DNA of 64,000 nt from Ylistrum balloti (GCF_031769215.1 NW_026783133.1:1-64000), one strand, 5' to 3'; counted from the stretch's first letter, positions 12,030 through 27,100 are shown. Notes: generated from the sequence alone by a model not told the origin. A program made the numbers and translations.

Positions 12030-13600
12030 GATAGATGCAAGAGTGTAATTTGTATTGCCATCTGATTGGATTTCCAGTAAATATATTGTAACCATATTTC
12101 CAATACACACTGCGTTGCTGTGACATAACATATTAAATCATGTAAAATAAATGTGAAATTGAACAGCCCTGACCATGTATCTGTACTGGTAAGTGATATA
12201 AATGGTTGAATGAACCGATTGAATACGTTTATATACTTATTTGTCTTAACTTTATAACAGATTATAAGTATGAAAGTGCATTTCATCGTTGAGACATCAT
12301 GAGACATGAATGAGATATTGCAGTAATGGTTCTGTACACTTATTTCAGCTAAAGCTGTGTTTGTTTCCTGTGCTTATACATAACAATCAATCAATCAATT
12401 TTATGGGGGAATTTGTTTAGATATTTTGTCAGGTGGTTTCAATTTTTTTCTTATTTTTTTTTTTTTTTTATAAACATACATTTTTAAGGTAGTATGTCAA
12501 AACATCATATACACATGACATAATTATATATTAAATAATGATGATTCAATGCAGGTATATTCAGCATGCCATTTGTATTGATTCTTAAAAATCATTATTT
12601 CAGAAATCTGAGTAATCAATAAGTAATCAATTAAGCATTATGAAAGATAGCATTTTGGTATTTCTTGAAAAAATACCCTATACACCTCGATATTGCGGGT
12701 ATAATCGATGCAAAAAAACTGCATTAAACTAGATAATGAGTAGTAGGGGCCACGTTGACAACGTGGATACCAAGAATAGGGCTAATTATCAAATCAGTGA
12801 CTTTCGTAACTATTTGTAAAGATACAAATAAAGTAACAATGTCTTTAGATGTCTCAGATTTCTATCGCCGGTTAAAGTACGCAACCTTATATGTAATTCA
12901 GACCTGTAAGCAATATCAAGCATTTACAGACTGTACAAGTAAGGATATGACCATCAACTCTTAAAAAAGCTTAGTTAGCATGGCTCATTATCAATTCAAA
13001 CAGGCATTGATATATGGTATCACCTTTTTTAAAATGGTTAAATTTCCATGAGCTGATATAACTTCATAGCATGCGGTTTACTTCTTTAGATACGCCACGG
13101 AAACACGTGTTCGAATGTTAATTTCTCTGTTGTGAAATAATGAATAACGGGTTTTCTTTGATAATAATAATTCTTATGTAATGGTACTCTGCTGAAAGTT
13201 ACATTAGATAAATTTGAAATAGCACAGGGGCTTATGCAAGAACGTGGATCATTTTGTTAGGGTATCTTATAAGCACAGAACAACCCATCTTTCAACTTCT
13301 TTAAATGAAAAAAAAAAAAAAAAAAAAAAAACTAGATCTAACTTCAGGGACATCGAACCGCGCACCTCATGTATTCCCTTGAGGGGACGAAATAATTAAT
13401 AATAGTGGTCTTGACCTTTAACATGCCTGATATAATATATTACTATATGAAATGTAAAATGTTATCGAGCTCTCTTTAGTAAGCTGGTAAAACGAAAAAA
13501 AAAAAAATAAAATAAAAAAGATTAGCCAGCACGTGTATGCTAATATTGGCCACTACAAAATAACAGCAAAGAATGTATTGAAATAACCTCCTGCATTATG
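12030..13600 (+). repeat. Non-coding module A (six copies, both orientations)
   Basis: Homologs at ~24297-24978(-), 25040-26350(+), 45340-47290(+), 51730-52980(+) and 54090-55400(-). Confidence 0.85.
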
Positions 13601-14369
13601 GACGCCACGATGTATACGATGCGGTAATTTCCATGAGCAATTTGACTAGATCGCGTAATCATATGATTTTTTTTTTTTTTTCGTTTTCGTAATATCTTTA
13701 TGAGTTTCAGGGCTAAAATGTACAATACCCATGAATAAATACATACATGTGTATTTAACTATTAATAAAAGCATCAACACCCTAAACAGTTTTATTTCCC
13801 AAACGAGAGCTGGACGACCCGTCACTACATATCGTGCTCCTTATAAACTAATTTTGGAAGGTTACTTTTGATAAACACACATTGCTCCACCCGCTATCAT
13901 AGAAGCATCTACGAATAGAAGAAAAGAAAAAAGACAAAAGAAAACATTGATACATTCATGTTGATTGACATTGACATCAATGTTGATTTTTCAAAAGTAT
14001 AAACGTGTAGCCTATACGAACAGGGAAACAACCGCGTCGACAGAATGAAACGAAAATCGCGCATCATCATGTGATTTAATCTCCCCTTTTAAAATCGAAT
14101 TAAGAAAGATACTAAAAAAATCATTACTTTTTGAATACTTAGACAATGCTTTTCCTGGTGTTACAAAGTTTGCATCACATTAATATCATTCCGTTTTTGT
14201 ACTTTGCAAAACTATGTCGATGTTAATTTTCCACATATTCTTGTCAACTAATTTAAGGCACAGTGCACATGAACCCGAAACATCACTATAATGTGTGGGC
14301 GATACATATGAAGAAAACCCATGAAAATCTGTTCTGACCTATTCTAGTTTTATTGTTAAATAATGCAAA

Positions 14370-14860
14370 CGTTACCTATTCGTTCGAGACATATAGAGTT
14401 TTTATTGTTATACCTCTTTTCTCACTTTCCTCCATCATTTGAAGTTGTGGTGATCACTGACATTTTGTTAGGCTCTATCTCCCATGTCATCGTTAGTTTT
14501 ATTGTTTAATGAATTCACTTGTTCTCCATTCTTGGATAAGACTGGTCTTGCAATCAATTTTATAGTCTCCAATGATAAAGCTTAACAACTGGCGTCGTTG
14601 TTGTCGTCAGTTATCTTATAATAAAAAAAACATTTTCTTATACACAAACACAGTAGACATACGTAATATTATCATGAAAATACAAAGACAACTGGCACCA
14701 CAACGATATGCGGTCTTTCACATGTTAACAGCTATTTCAATGTCCTGCTATAACTTACATGATTTAATGTTATAATGCTGTTTGTCAGAGTCTACGTTAT
14801 GTTCATGATGTTTTTTTTGTAGTGGCACCACCCTGAATTATACTAATTATATAGGTTTGA

Positions 14861-14948
<88 letters not shown>

Positions 14949-15660
14949 ATTAATGTTAAAACAATGGTTTGTGAATTTAAACATCAAAAATAAAATGGAT
15001 ATAAAAACATACAGCTGCAGACAAAAGCAAGGCCAATGCCAATGGAGATATATGGAAAAATACGTTTAGACTAGGTCCTCGATTACGCACGTGAAACAGA
15101 GGGATGGCAATGTTCCTCAATTTTCTTAATTTCTCAAAAGCTTATCAATAAAAACCTTTGTGTTGAAAAAATCAACACTTAAAGATAAATTTGCAGAGTA
15201 AATCATGGCATTCGCGGAATGTATTATTTTTATTAACCTTTCCCCTGCTTGTTTCATATGTGATTGTTCAACAACAGAATGTAATATTATTATTAATCAT
15301 TGTGAAAATCAATATTTTGTGTTAGGATAATCTTATAATTTCACAGTTATAAGATGACCAAATTTAAAACACTGTTTACAAGTTACATGGTAATTTGTTA
15401 ACTATACGGAATTCCTTCTGATTCATTATGTTTCTTAGATCATAGAAACAAATCTTGGAATCTCTACTATTTGTTGGAAGGTCCCTAGGAATCAACCGGA
15501 CGTGATCTATATTCAAGTACACGGTCTCTTATCTGTTTTTACAGTCTAACAACATTTTACGAATAATCAAAATGTGTATAATTATGATATCTAGGGGATT
15601 GTGTCCACGGATGAGATGAAGACAGACACATTTATATTTCGACAAATAACATCCTGGGAA
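14370..15660 (+). repeat. Exon-less paralog of the exon-1 neighbourhood
   Basis: 14390-14510 matches 725-830 and 14570-15660 matches 2094-3340, including the GT tract. The ~1.2 kb holding the exon is absent. Confidence 0.85.
14861..14940. repeat. (GT)~40 microsatellite with one interruption
   Basis: Directly visible. It lies in the same duplicated module as 2414. Confidence 0.99.
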
Positions 15661-18625
15661 CTTACTACGTGATATAGACTAATTTTATTATACTTGTTTC
15701 ACATTCTTAAAATGACCATTATAAAATCAAGACTGCTGTGTTTTCAGTGACCTGTATCAAGTAATTAAAATATATATAGTTATATTATTCTTCATTTAAT
15801 ACCAATTACGTCTACATATTTGTCATACAACCGTATTAGAAACTGTGAAGGAAGTTGAAAATCGCGATATCAAAGCTTACATACTGAACTTCTAAAGGGC
15901 ATTATTTGTTTGTTTTTTGTATATTTTTTTGTTAAAGGTTCACCCGATGGCGAAAAGGGTTTCTAGCATAGGTTGTACCTGATATCAATTTACATATCGA
16001 CTACGGATTTATGCTTAGTTATGAGAATACATATGACCTAAGGAAAATCCCATAGGTTGTTACAGTGATATGCCCGCCAATAATGTTCTATCATACCTTA
16101 TCCTTAACTCATTTGTTTAGTGATCGGACGTCACTGTCCAGTAGAAGCATACTATCAAAAGGGAACCCGAATCATTATTTGGAGTCACCTAGCTATTAAT
16201 CTTTCTGTATCTATGAATATGTTCACTTTGTATAATGGATGACAAAAAACAACAATAGGATTAACAAGCTGGAGGGCGTTGGTCGTCCTACATGATTTAA
16301 ATGCATGTTACGTTTACATGATGATAACGATTGCATGTGAATGACCAAGGATCATTGTTGCATTTAAACAGATGTCTCCATTTCATCATCGACTCGTCCA
16401 TTCCCGTTAGTAGAATCATGATAACAGTAGATGTTTTCAGTGCAACTACTCGTAGCTATATTGTAGGACTGGCGCTGGCTTTACTCCAACATCATAGGCC
16501 CCTAGTATACTCTACATCCCTACACATTATGTTTCATGTAACACCACCCTAATATCTGGTGTTCAACAATGAAATACTAGCTACTAATTTATAGACTCTG
16601 GTATGTCTCAATAAGTTTGAAAACAAAAAAGTCTTCCTAACAACAGAAATCGAATTTTAAAGGCAAAACTTGAAGCAATGTATTAAAGACAGGAAAATGC
16701 AGAATAGACAATCGAAGTATATATATATTAGGTCATAATTTTTTAGAGGATTGGTGCATTCTATTTTCCTCATATTAGTCTCAAACCTACCCCAAAAATA
16801 TCGCCTCGTTTACATTGGCATATTGTGAAGGTCATAGAGTGAAATAGATAGAAAATGTATCAAGTTCTTTCCTTCTCAAGGAACAGATATTCGGCCAGTA
16901 GGCATCAGGTTTCGGTTAGTAGAATGTGTTTTCCAGATGTATTAGCTGGAGTGAACATGGATACAAATGGACACGTTTACATTTGTACGGAATAGATTTT
17001 AAATAATATACAATGAATCATTGTTTATGTTACATGCTTATGTCTTCTTCATCACAGTAGTTGCCAAATCTCTTCTTCTCTGTCCTATACTTAAAGGTAT
17101 GCACAATTTTTTTTAGCGAGAGACTTCAAACATTTGATTAAAAAGACTCTGATAAAGTACTATGATCTTATTTCAAGGTAACAGTTCAAATTTGTTTTAT
17201 CATTGTATGTTTTATTAGCCTTATTCAAGGTTCCAGTTTACATTACAACTTATATATTGTGTCGTAGCGTGACCAAATACTGTCTTTCTTGGTTCTATGT
17301 TTTGTCAAGTCATCTATATATTCATCTATTGATATATATTTTAACTGCAATTTCTCCCCATGCTATGGACGAAAGAACAACATCTAAGATACCTTAAGTC
17401 CAAACTAAGATGTTGATACAGTCGGTAGAGCCATATATTTAGGCTCGTGTATTTACCCTGTGCACAAGGTATATCTCCTATACATGCGCCAGTCCTAAAA
17501 AAACATGCGGAACTCGTGGACTTCAATAAGGTGAATTAGCATTATCCTAGATATTGATATATGTATCCTTAAACTTTAATGCTTAAACCGTATGTTGTCA
17601 AGATAATAACAGATTGGACCACATGTATTTGAAGAACATTGTTTTGTGATGGCATATAAAGAAGAAAAAAGTTTCTTAAAGAAATTGTGGCAGTCTGGAT
17701 ATTGGAACACAAAATTTGGTTGCAATTTGGTGATAAATTCATTACAATTAGCACTAATCTAAGTTCGAGACATACCATTACATAACATAATCGAGTTTTG
17801 ACACATAGCCTGACTGTGTCATAGGTTTAATGACAGCTGCGTTTGTCTTTTCGCTATTCATTGCAGTTGTGCATTGTGCAAGTGTATTACCCCTCCTGCG
17901 TCCACTGGTGTTAACTCATACATGAAAATATTTTTCAGATGTACTATAATTAGGTATTTTTTTTCTAAATTTAATGTTTCAATCTTGTAAGAAATAGTGG
18001 GTAAAAATGAACTGATGTGTCAAGTCTTTCAAAAGCTGTAAAGTTATACATATAACCCACCGATATATCGGATATGTAATTAATTTCAAGGTTGATTTGG
18101 CAATGTTTAAACTACATTGGCTTGATATTTGCCCATAAGTTAATGTACATACGAGGGCACTGGTTTGTTGATTTATTAGGTCAAAATGCCTGAGGGAAAC
18201 ATGGGTCTATTGTATTAGAAAGTTTAAATGGCTCTCTTTGATTAAACCACAGGGCTTTAAATCAGAATATTGGTTTTAAACTTGAAAAAGGTAACGACAA
18301 CAATGACATTGATCAATATTGGTGAGAAAAGCAGAACATTTCTTCGAAAATTTCAAATGATCTGAAATCACGATATTTGTGCTTAACAGATCTTTTGATA
18401 AAATCTGATGCAGTTTGCAAATAGACATGACATAGTCCCGTATACAAATTCATCAATTTTCAAAATTATTTGAAATTATTCCTTACGATTTACTAAACAT
18501 AATGAAATCATTATACAAATTTAACTTGGAAGCATTTAGCCCAGGTACTTATCTATGTTTCCTTAAATAGCAAGCTTCAAGTTTACAAACCCGCAATTTG
18601 TTGAGGGTTTTTGACACACCTGCTA

Positions 18626-18733
18626 CAGCTGTGTGTTTCGTTACAGGGCCATAATATCGGGAAATGATCTAAGATTTATATTATGATTTGGCAAAGCAGC
18701 TGTGTGTTTCGTTACAGGGCCATAATATCGGGA
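18626..18733 (+). repeat. Perfect 37-bp direct repeat with a 34-bp spacer
   Basis: cagctgtgtgtttcgttacagggccataatatcggga at 18626-18662 and 18697-18733. Confidence 0.95.
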
Positions 18734-21639
18734 CCTAATATATAATAATATATAACGACTTATCAATGAAAATCATTCTATACAACTGATAATAATAAAG
18801 AGAAAAAAACGAATTCCGTTTTTCCCTACCAGTATATTGTATTTTTTTGGTATTGACTGATTTCACTACTTTTCTTAGCGAGGCTACAAACTTGATTAGA
18901 ATCAAGCGATAAGTCGTTTCACTATGGCAGCCAGGAAAAAAGGCCAATTTCGTAAGTGAATCATTTCACAAGTAGATGAAGCTAAATTGACTGATTTCAC
19001 ATCGCGAAGTCATCAGTTTGGCTTACTAAGTCTGAGTCATATATGATCTCTAACAAAATCTCGGATCACTTCACTTGCCTTAAGTCACAACATCAATACG
19101 ACGGATACGGAACTTTGTGGGAGAGAACTCGATATAATATTAGGAACGGAATAACTTAGACAATACATCTTCCTTACAATGTTCAACTTCATTGGATTAC
19201 TTAAATGATTCCTTCTATGTCAAGTAGTTAAACACAATTAAACTTTACTATTACTTGTATTTTATTCAATTTCTGATCATGGAAAATGCGATGTACTAAA
19301 TTTATATAGATTATCAAAATAGCGTCGGGCATTTAGTACACGAAGACATCGAGAAAGTGTTTTGACCAATCTTCAAGTTTTTTTTTATTATTATCAAATC
19401 CGTATGATATCTTTACACTTATCATAAGACATGTATTGTTTAAAACCAATTAATAAAATCTCCCTTGTAGCTTAAAGTACGATATCGTCATAACTTGAAA
19501 GGCTCATCAATTTTTTTCGAGACTGTAAAATGTAAATGAATGACACCTAGCCTTAAGCCTGACCATAGTGTTGAAGTTGCTAGTGAATGATTGACAAACT
19601 GTTTTTTTTTTTAAATCTAAAATTCCATAGGGTCTTCTTCTCAGAAAAGTTTGCGGTAACACAGATAGTAATTTGTTGAACACTCTACATGCCTCACATA
19701 CAATACAATTTCCATTACACTTCCAACCTGACTGAAGCAGATTGGATAATATGGCTAATAGTCAGAAGCTTGGTAGAAATGTTTGAAGTTGTCATTCTTC
19801 TTAAAAGGACCTAGGAATAGTTACAGTGATCTTGACTATACAACTCAAATATAGCGTCAGATATCATCGTCATTCAGGTGTTGAAAGTATGATTGACATT
19901 TCGTAAGAAATAAAGTCACTATAACACTGATAATGGATGTGCCTAAGTACATTACAAATGAAAAGAATATCATGAATATTGGGACGCTTTTGCGTGAAAC
20001 TTTGGTTTCATCCAAACATATGTTCTGATCTTACCTCAGTGGAATTGCAGGCTCTCTATTGCATACATTCACTGTCTTTGAATGGGGATAGAGGTAGCTT
20101 CATAGCTTTTCATCACATGTACATACTGGTAATATATGAATTGTATGGTTTGATGAAAATCAAAGTGGTTTAATATATATGAACTATGTGGTCATGGAAA
20201 TAGGTCAAAGTAAATCATACGAGGAAAAGCTGTAGTTGTTTAACGCAGAAACGATCTTTTAGAGGTAGAGGATCATTGCATAAAAGCGTGGGGTTTCGCC
20301 ATGTAGCGTTAATTCGTTTCACAGTTACATATTTTACTCGTTTGCATTTGCTTCAAACTTTCTAAAATTAGATGAAAACAGACGGATGGCCATTATACAA
20401 AACACACACCAAATTCAAAGCCGTCCGAAATATAATGGTTCCTTATCGATGAATGAGATGTCATGAAAACCCTTCAAATAATTAAGCTGCTAGAACGTTG
20501 ACATGTAGCAGGTTAACCTATGTACATATACATTTCTGTGTATCCACATTAATACATTAAGTTCATTAAAGTGTGGTTTTCTGCTGCCTAAATTTTATTT
20601 TGGTTGTAAGTTAGGGGAAGCGGGTTATATTGCTATCTGTCCCATTCCGAAACAATGCACTATTTTAACAGATCACCCTCACTTAACATTTCTTCTTAAT
20701 CACTGAGTAGTTTACTCTCCTGTTGAAATTACACTCGATGATTCTGCTTATTTACTACCTTTCCCTGTCCGCTGCTGCCTCAGATTTATCGTGTTATTGG
20801 CAGCGGTATAATTGTAGTATTAAATATTAAAGATCAAAGTATATTTCCTCCTAAAATATAGTTAAAATTTCCCGATTGTGATATGCTAGAGAAATAAAAC
20901 GACACTTTCCCGGTTGTTTTCTCCTATCGCCTTCATTTGCACCTTCTAGTATAAGCCGACCTTCGTTGAGATTTCATTTTTTTTTCAAATGTAGTATGTT
21001 CATATATATATCAAATATACATTGCACGATAGTCAGTTAAGATCTCCACTTCACTGACGAAAACATTAGTGTACATATACAAGTGTATTTTCTATTTCCT
21101 CCTTTTTAAATGAGGTGCGTTAAATGGTTTCATATAAGAAAAGTGGGTTCTGTGAGAAAAATATGGAAAAGTATTACAAATCAAATTTAAACAAATGACA
21201 TCATATAATTTGATTATGGATCCAAAGAACTACACACCAATTACTATATATCATTTCTGTCCTGGTGTAAAAGTGAGTTTTTGTTGAAAAGGTAAGTGGC
21301 ATGAGACTTCTTTGATTTGGATCACATGGTGAATAAAGTAATTACATATATATGCACATATAATAACAAATACTAAATGATTTTCGCGAAATGAAGCGTA
21401 CTTCCTGAAGCATTACTCATGACATTTCCGTGATGACATGCTTACAGTTTTTGTTTCACCATGTCCAGATGAGGAAACTTTAAATGTCATCAACTTAAGA
21501 ATATAGTTCTTTTTAACATGTTTTTCTTTAGTTTTATGCCCTTGGTACATGTTAGGTTATATGTAAACAGGGATAATGGGTTCGGTGACTGACGCCTTCA
21601 TGGTGTCAGCGTGATAGTACAAACGTTTGTATCATAGAG

Positions 21640-24120
21640 CTAGCAGATGCATTTATTGGAAACTATGAAAAAAGCTGAAAATCGTGATATCAAAACCTGG
21701 CATACTGAAGTCCTAAAGGACATGATACGTTTGACTATTTCTGTATGATCAAATGTCCACCAAAGACGGAAATTTGCTACTATATGTTGACTTATTATCA
21801 GTTTACATATCGTCTCTGAAGATAAACTTGTTGATGATATGACATCCGCAACACAAATGTTCGATAGATTGTTATAGTAATGTACCCTCCAATAATGTTT
21901 TGCCATACATTATCTTTAATCCATTTTATTTGTGATTGGAATTCGCTTTACAGTAGGGGCATACTCTAAAAAGGGGAATCTGAAACATTAAATGGTGTCC
22001 ATCAGCTACTTATTATACCACATCTATGAATATATTTATTTTCGCATTAACATTATGATAACTGCAAATCTTTTCAATACACTATTATATGTGCTTTCTT
22101 CACGTTCCATTGACATATTTTACTTCTTACAAAATACTATACACCAGCAGTGACATAGTGGACATGCTAGAATAAAGAAGAATCCTAGGTTGAATTAGAG
22201 TTATATATAATGTTAAATGTCCTATCAACAGATTTAAAATGATTACCAAAAAATATTAGCTACACTTATATGAAAAGCAGCAAGGAATTCCGTTTTCATT
22301 CAAAGCAAACGATTTATTCGTATTAATCATGTTTTTTGATGTATGAGTCTAGTCCACCCCGTGATTGACATTTCTATACACCAATTTGAAGGTGCAGTTA
22401 AGTTGATTGTTTGGCGAAAATTTGTCTTACTCTAAATTTTCTCAGCATTAAAAAGGTATTTACTGTATTCTATTGGATCAAAGTGATTCTTATCATGATT
22501 ATTAGCTAGAAACTTCGGGCATCTAATACACAATGTCTTTAACTAAAGTTCAAGGTAACAGGTCAACTTTTTAATCATTGTGTGTTTGATAATTCTCATT
22601 TAAGATGCCAATGTACCTTATACATTATACATGGTGTCAGTCATCGTGACATAACTATCTCTCTTGGTACTATGCTTTGTCAAGCCATTTATTTATTTGT
22701 TTATCTTTAAATGATCATTTTTATCTTTTCAACTGGTCCAACATCTATGCATGTCTTGTTTGCTTTAGTTTTAGTCTACAGTTCATACGCATTAAGAGTT
22801 TCCGGACGTAGTGTAAATGCTTGTTCCTAGTTCAAATTAGGAATATAAATTTCCTCTTAATATTCTGTAAGTCAGGTACCATATCATTCTTAAAAAAATA
22901 TATTGTTTTTTCTCTAGTATAACAAGGATGTTCACGTAGTCAAGCGTAACCTTTTTCATTACTATTATTATATTTTTTGTGTATTGTAACATTTCTGTAT
23001 TTGTTCGTTTAATTTGTTGGGACATGGTAAAAGATATATCTGTTAAGTATGCTCATTTTTTGTTACAATCGGTTCAAATTCAATTCTCATTGAAAAGTTA
23101 TCTTTTTTTATATATTTTGACAATTTTTATATCAGTTTCTGCTGCTGATAACCAATTAATTGATCAAATCAGATGAGACTGAAAAGATCACGCAAACATT
23201 TTTCTGAGATTTTATTAAAAATGTGTTTTCTTAAATTCAGTTCCCTCTGTGTATCCCTTATTCTTAACTTGAATACAGTAACAACCCTAATGTGTTATAC
23301 ATGTGTATGTGATGATGATATATTGACACGAATTGCCTATTTCATCTGAGGACCATGTGCCCCCTGTCTGTTCTCCAGCCTCTTGAAAACTTGAAATCAG
23401 AGTTATAAGTGTCGTTGGTTGTTCGGTAACAGTTTTTCCCGTTGCCCTATGTTTTAAAAAAATACATGATCTCATTCCCTATTCCCTAATATTTTAGATA
23501 AGCAGTTTCTTCTTTAAAAGACACAGAAATATCTTAATATTGAGAGCGTGGGCAAGAGCGCTTCAAGTCCCTTCCCTCGGACTAATGTTAGTATGTTGTG
23601 ATTAGATAGGTGTTGTTGCAGTTATAATCAGCAAAACATTTCTGGTTGTTCCATCTTGAATCAGTTGTAGACATTTGACTGAATTATTTGACCATTTATA
23701 TCAGGTGCCTTCTGGTAATTCATTCCACACCATTCATTCATATCTACACACTCTTCTGACTGTGTTAAATAATGATATATATGGATCTTCATGTTGTCCT
23801 AAGATAGAGTGTAGCAAAGAGAGAACAAGGCAGAATAGATTACACTCGCAGTAGTAATAGTATTTCATTATATATCGAGGATCGAAAAACTGATTCAATC
23901 TCCTTCATTCTCCAGGAATAGATATTTGGCCAGTAGGTACCTGGTGTCGGCTTTTAGAAGTTGTCTTTCAAATGCATAATCCCGAATGTACATTGGCGAA
24001 TTGAACAAAAATTTCAAAGCGCATCATTTTCTTTGATACTCTGTGAGCGATAACGATACGTTTGAGATATTTGCATTTGTGAAGAATAAACCATGAATAA
24101 GATATGATCAATCATTGTTT
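21640..24120 (+). repeat. Older internal duplicate of intron modules
   Basis: Homologous to 4560-4730, 7000-8450 and 6340-6600, to parts of 15830-17030, and to 48380-50930. Confidence 0.8.
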
Positions 24121-27100
24121 GCATTAAATGACAATAATAAAAAGATATCAAGCATTGCACACTCCAATTATATTGTTAATCAAAACCTAGTTATCAACCG
24201 CTGTTGTTCATAAAACATATAAAAAGTCGTGGTGGTATCAGTGAAGATATCGAGAACTGAAACTTTTTAGATGACTGACTGTCGGGATACCTATGGAAAT
24301 ATCAATCAGGGGAATAAAACTCATAAAAGGTGGACACGTGTTTTTGTAGCGTATCTAAAGAGGTGTACGTAAGTGGACTAAGTATACCGCAATCTATGTA
24401 GTTATATCAGCTTCCGGAAATTTAACTATTTTGAAAAAGATGATACCATATATCAATGCCTGTTTAAAGTGATAATGAGCTATGCTGACTAAGCTTGTGC
24501 AGGAGTTAATCATCGTATCCTTACTTGTACAGCCTGTAAATACTTGATATTTTCTTTCATTTTTGAATTATATATAAGGTTGCGTATTGTACTCGGCAAG
24601 AGAAATCTGAGGTTTTCAGATTTCTAAAATAATGGTTTTTAATAATCAATACAAATGGCACCCTGAATATACCTAAATGGAACCATCTGTACAAAATATA
24701 GCTATTTCATGTGTTTATAATGTTTTGATATACTCTCTTAAAAACGTATGTTTATATCAGAATAAAAAAAAGAAATTATTTCTATTTATGAAGCCCCCTG
24801 ACAAACTATCCAAACAAATGTTCCCATAAAATTGAAGATTGTTATGTATAAGCGCAGGAAACAAACACAACTTTAACTGAAATAAATTTATAGAACCATT
24901 ACTGTCATATCTGATCCATGTCTCATTAAAAATAACCATTTATATCAGTTACCAGTACATATACATATCATGGTCAGGTCTCTTTGAACTATACTTTTGA
25001 TCAATACTTTGTAATCGTTACAGTAAAAGTCCAGTTCATTGAAGAAACATCAAATTGATTCACCATCTGTTATATTGAAAAAGATTTCATATACACCATA
25101 TGCACATGAAATAGGTATATTATATAGAGATGATTCAATTTGTAGTGATTCTCAAAAGCCATTATTTCAGAAATGTGATCAATCAATAAATAATCAATTA
25201 AGCATTATGAAAGATATCATCTTGGTATTTCTTGATAAAATACCCTATACACATCGCTATTGTAGGTATAATCGATGGAAAAAAACTGTATTATACGAAA
25301 TAATGAGTAGTAGGGGCCACGTTGACAACGTGGATATCAAGAATAGAGCTAATTATCAAATCAATGACTTTTGTAACTATTTGTAAAGATACAAATAAAG
25401 TAACAATGTATTTGGATGTCTTAGATTTCTCTCGCCGGTTAAAGTACGCAACTTAACATATACTTCAGACCTGTAAGCAATATCAAGCATTTACAGACTG
25501 TACACGTAAGGATACGACGATCAACTCGTGCAAAAGCTTAGTCACCATGGCTCATTATCAATTTAAACAGACATTGATATATGGTATTACTTTTTTTTTC
25601 AAAATAGATAAATTTCCATGAGCTGATATAACTACATAGCATGTGGTATACTTAGTCCACTTAAGTGCGCCTCTTTAGATACACCAAGAAAACACGCGTC
25701 CACCTTTTATTCCTCTGATTGATAATTGCTCAGTTGTGAAATAATGTATAACGAATTTTCTTTGATAATAATTATTATGTATTGGTACTCTGCTCAAAGT
25801 TACATTAGATGAATTTGAAATAGCACAAGGCTCATGCAAGAACATGGATTATTTTATTAGGGTCTCTTACAAGCACAGAACAACCCATCTTTCAACTTCT
25901 TTAAAAGAAAAGAAGTACAACTAGCTCTACTTTCAGGGGCATTGAACCGCGCACCTCATGTATTCCCCTGAGGTGAGGAAATAATTAATAATGACTTTTA
26001 ACTTGCCTGATATGATATATTACAATATGAAATGTAAAATGCTATCGAAGTGTCTTTAGTTAGCTGGTAAAACGAAAAATAAATAAATAAATGAATAAAT
26101 AAGATTAGCCAGCACGTGTATGCTAATATTGATCCCTACAAAAATAACTGCAAAGAATGCATGGAAATAACATCCTGCATTATGGACAAAAATACATTAA
26201 TACATTCATGTTAATTGACGTTCACATCAATGTTAATTTTTCAAAAGTGCAAACTTGTAGCCTATACGAAAAAGGAAGCAACCGCGTCCACAGAATGAAA
26301 CGAAAATCGCGCATCATCATGTGATTTAATCTCCTCTTTTAAAATCAAATTAAGGATGATACATAAAAAATAATGGAAAAGACAGTGATTTCATTGTGAA
26401 ACATCATATTCTTTGTGAAGTAAGCAGCTTGATGTGTTTGATACTCGTTAGTTTGTCTGTTGGTTCTTTTGTCGTATACATTGTTCTCATTTGTGAACGT
26501 AACATTACTTTCTTGGATTGACCAAGGTTTACATGGCACCTGGTATTATTACTCTTGTAACTTTTGAGTTGTCTTCTTGTTTCTTTTGTCCATATTTGCC
26601 ACTTTTATGGAATTTGAGTTTAGATTATGATTATGTTGGCATGTTGGTATATTCTTGATATTAAAAAAAGCCGCCCGCTTGTAATTGTGGATATGGGTTT
26701 GAAATTTATTTTGTGTATGTCACTTTTATAATGCTCATAAATATACTCACAATTGCTTCTTTATTTTCAGCAATACTTTGACATTGATATAATTTTAGAG
26801 AATATTTTGCCTGGAAAAAGTAAGGTTATGAATTATGATACTATATTTTATACAACAGACCGCAATTGAAAACCCATATCATTTCCCGTCGAGGTAATCC
26901 GATGTCAAACGCACAAATCTAGCTTCGAAACTATGACAAGATTAAAAAAAAATTGCATCGATTTACATTGTATTCAGTTCTCGATCATCATATCATCCAA
27001 TTGTATAATTGCTGTCATATCACCATTTTTGTACAATTGGTTATTTATATGTTATAATCAATAATCATACTCAGATGTTTTCCAGGGCTGAATATATTCG

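Noticed and set aside
17940-17954. 15-nt segment atgtactataattag after tttttcag
   Set aside because: It has an in-frame TAG and a weak donor, and it is not kept at the 8954 paralog.
18626-18733. CRISPR-sized repeat-spacer-repeat (37/34/37)
   Set aside because: Only two repeats, non-palindromic, with no leader or cas genes.
23914-23934. Acceptor plus 20-21 nt plus gtacct in a recurrent module (6377, 16881, 50720)
   Set aside because: Length varies out of frame among copies and the donor is poor.
26345-26539. Thrice-repeated MPCKP ORF
   Set aside because: It recurs only because of DNA duplication. The third copy is frameshifted and no domain is recognisable.
27086-27100. 15-nt AG..GT segment as the missing linker exon
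   Set aside because: It reads GGC TGA in phase 0, has a weak donor, and is inverted in copy 2.
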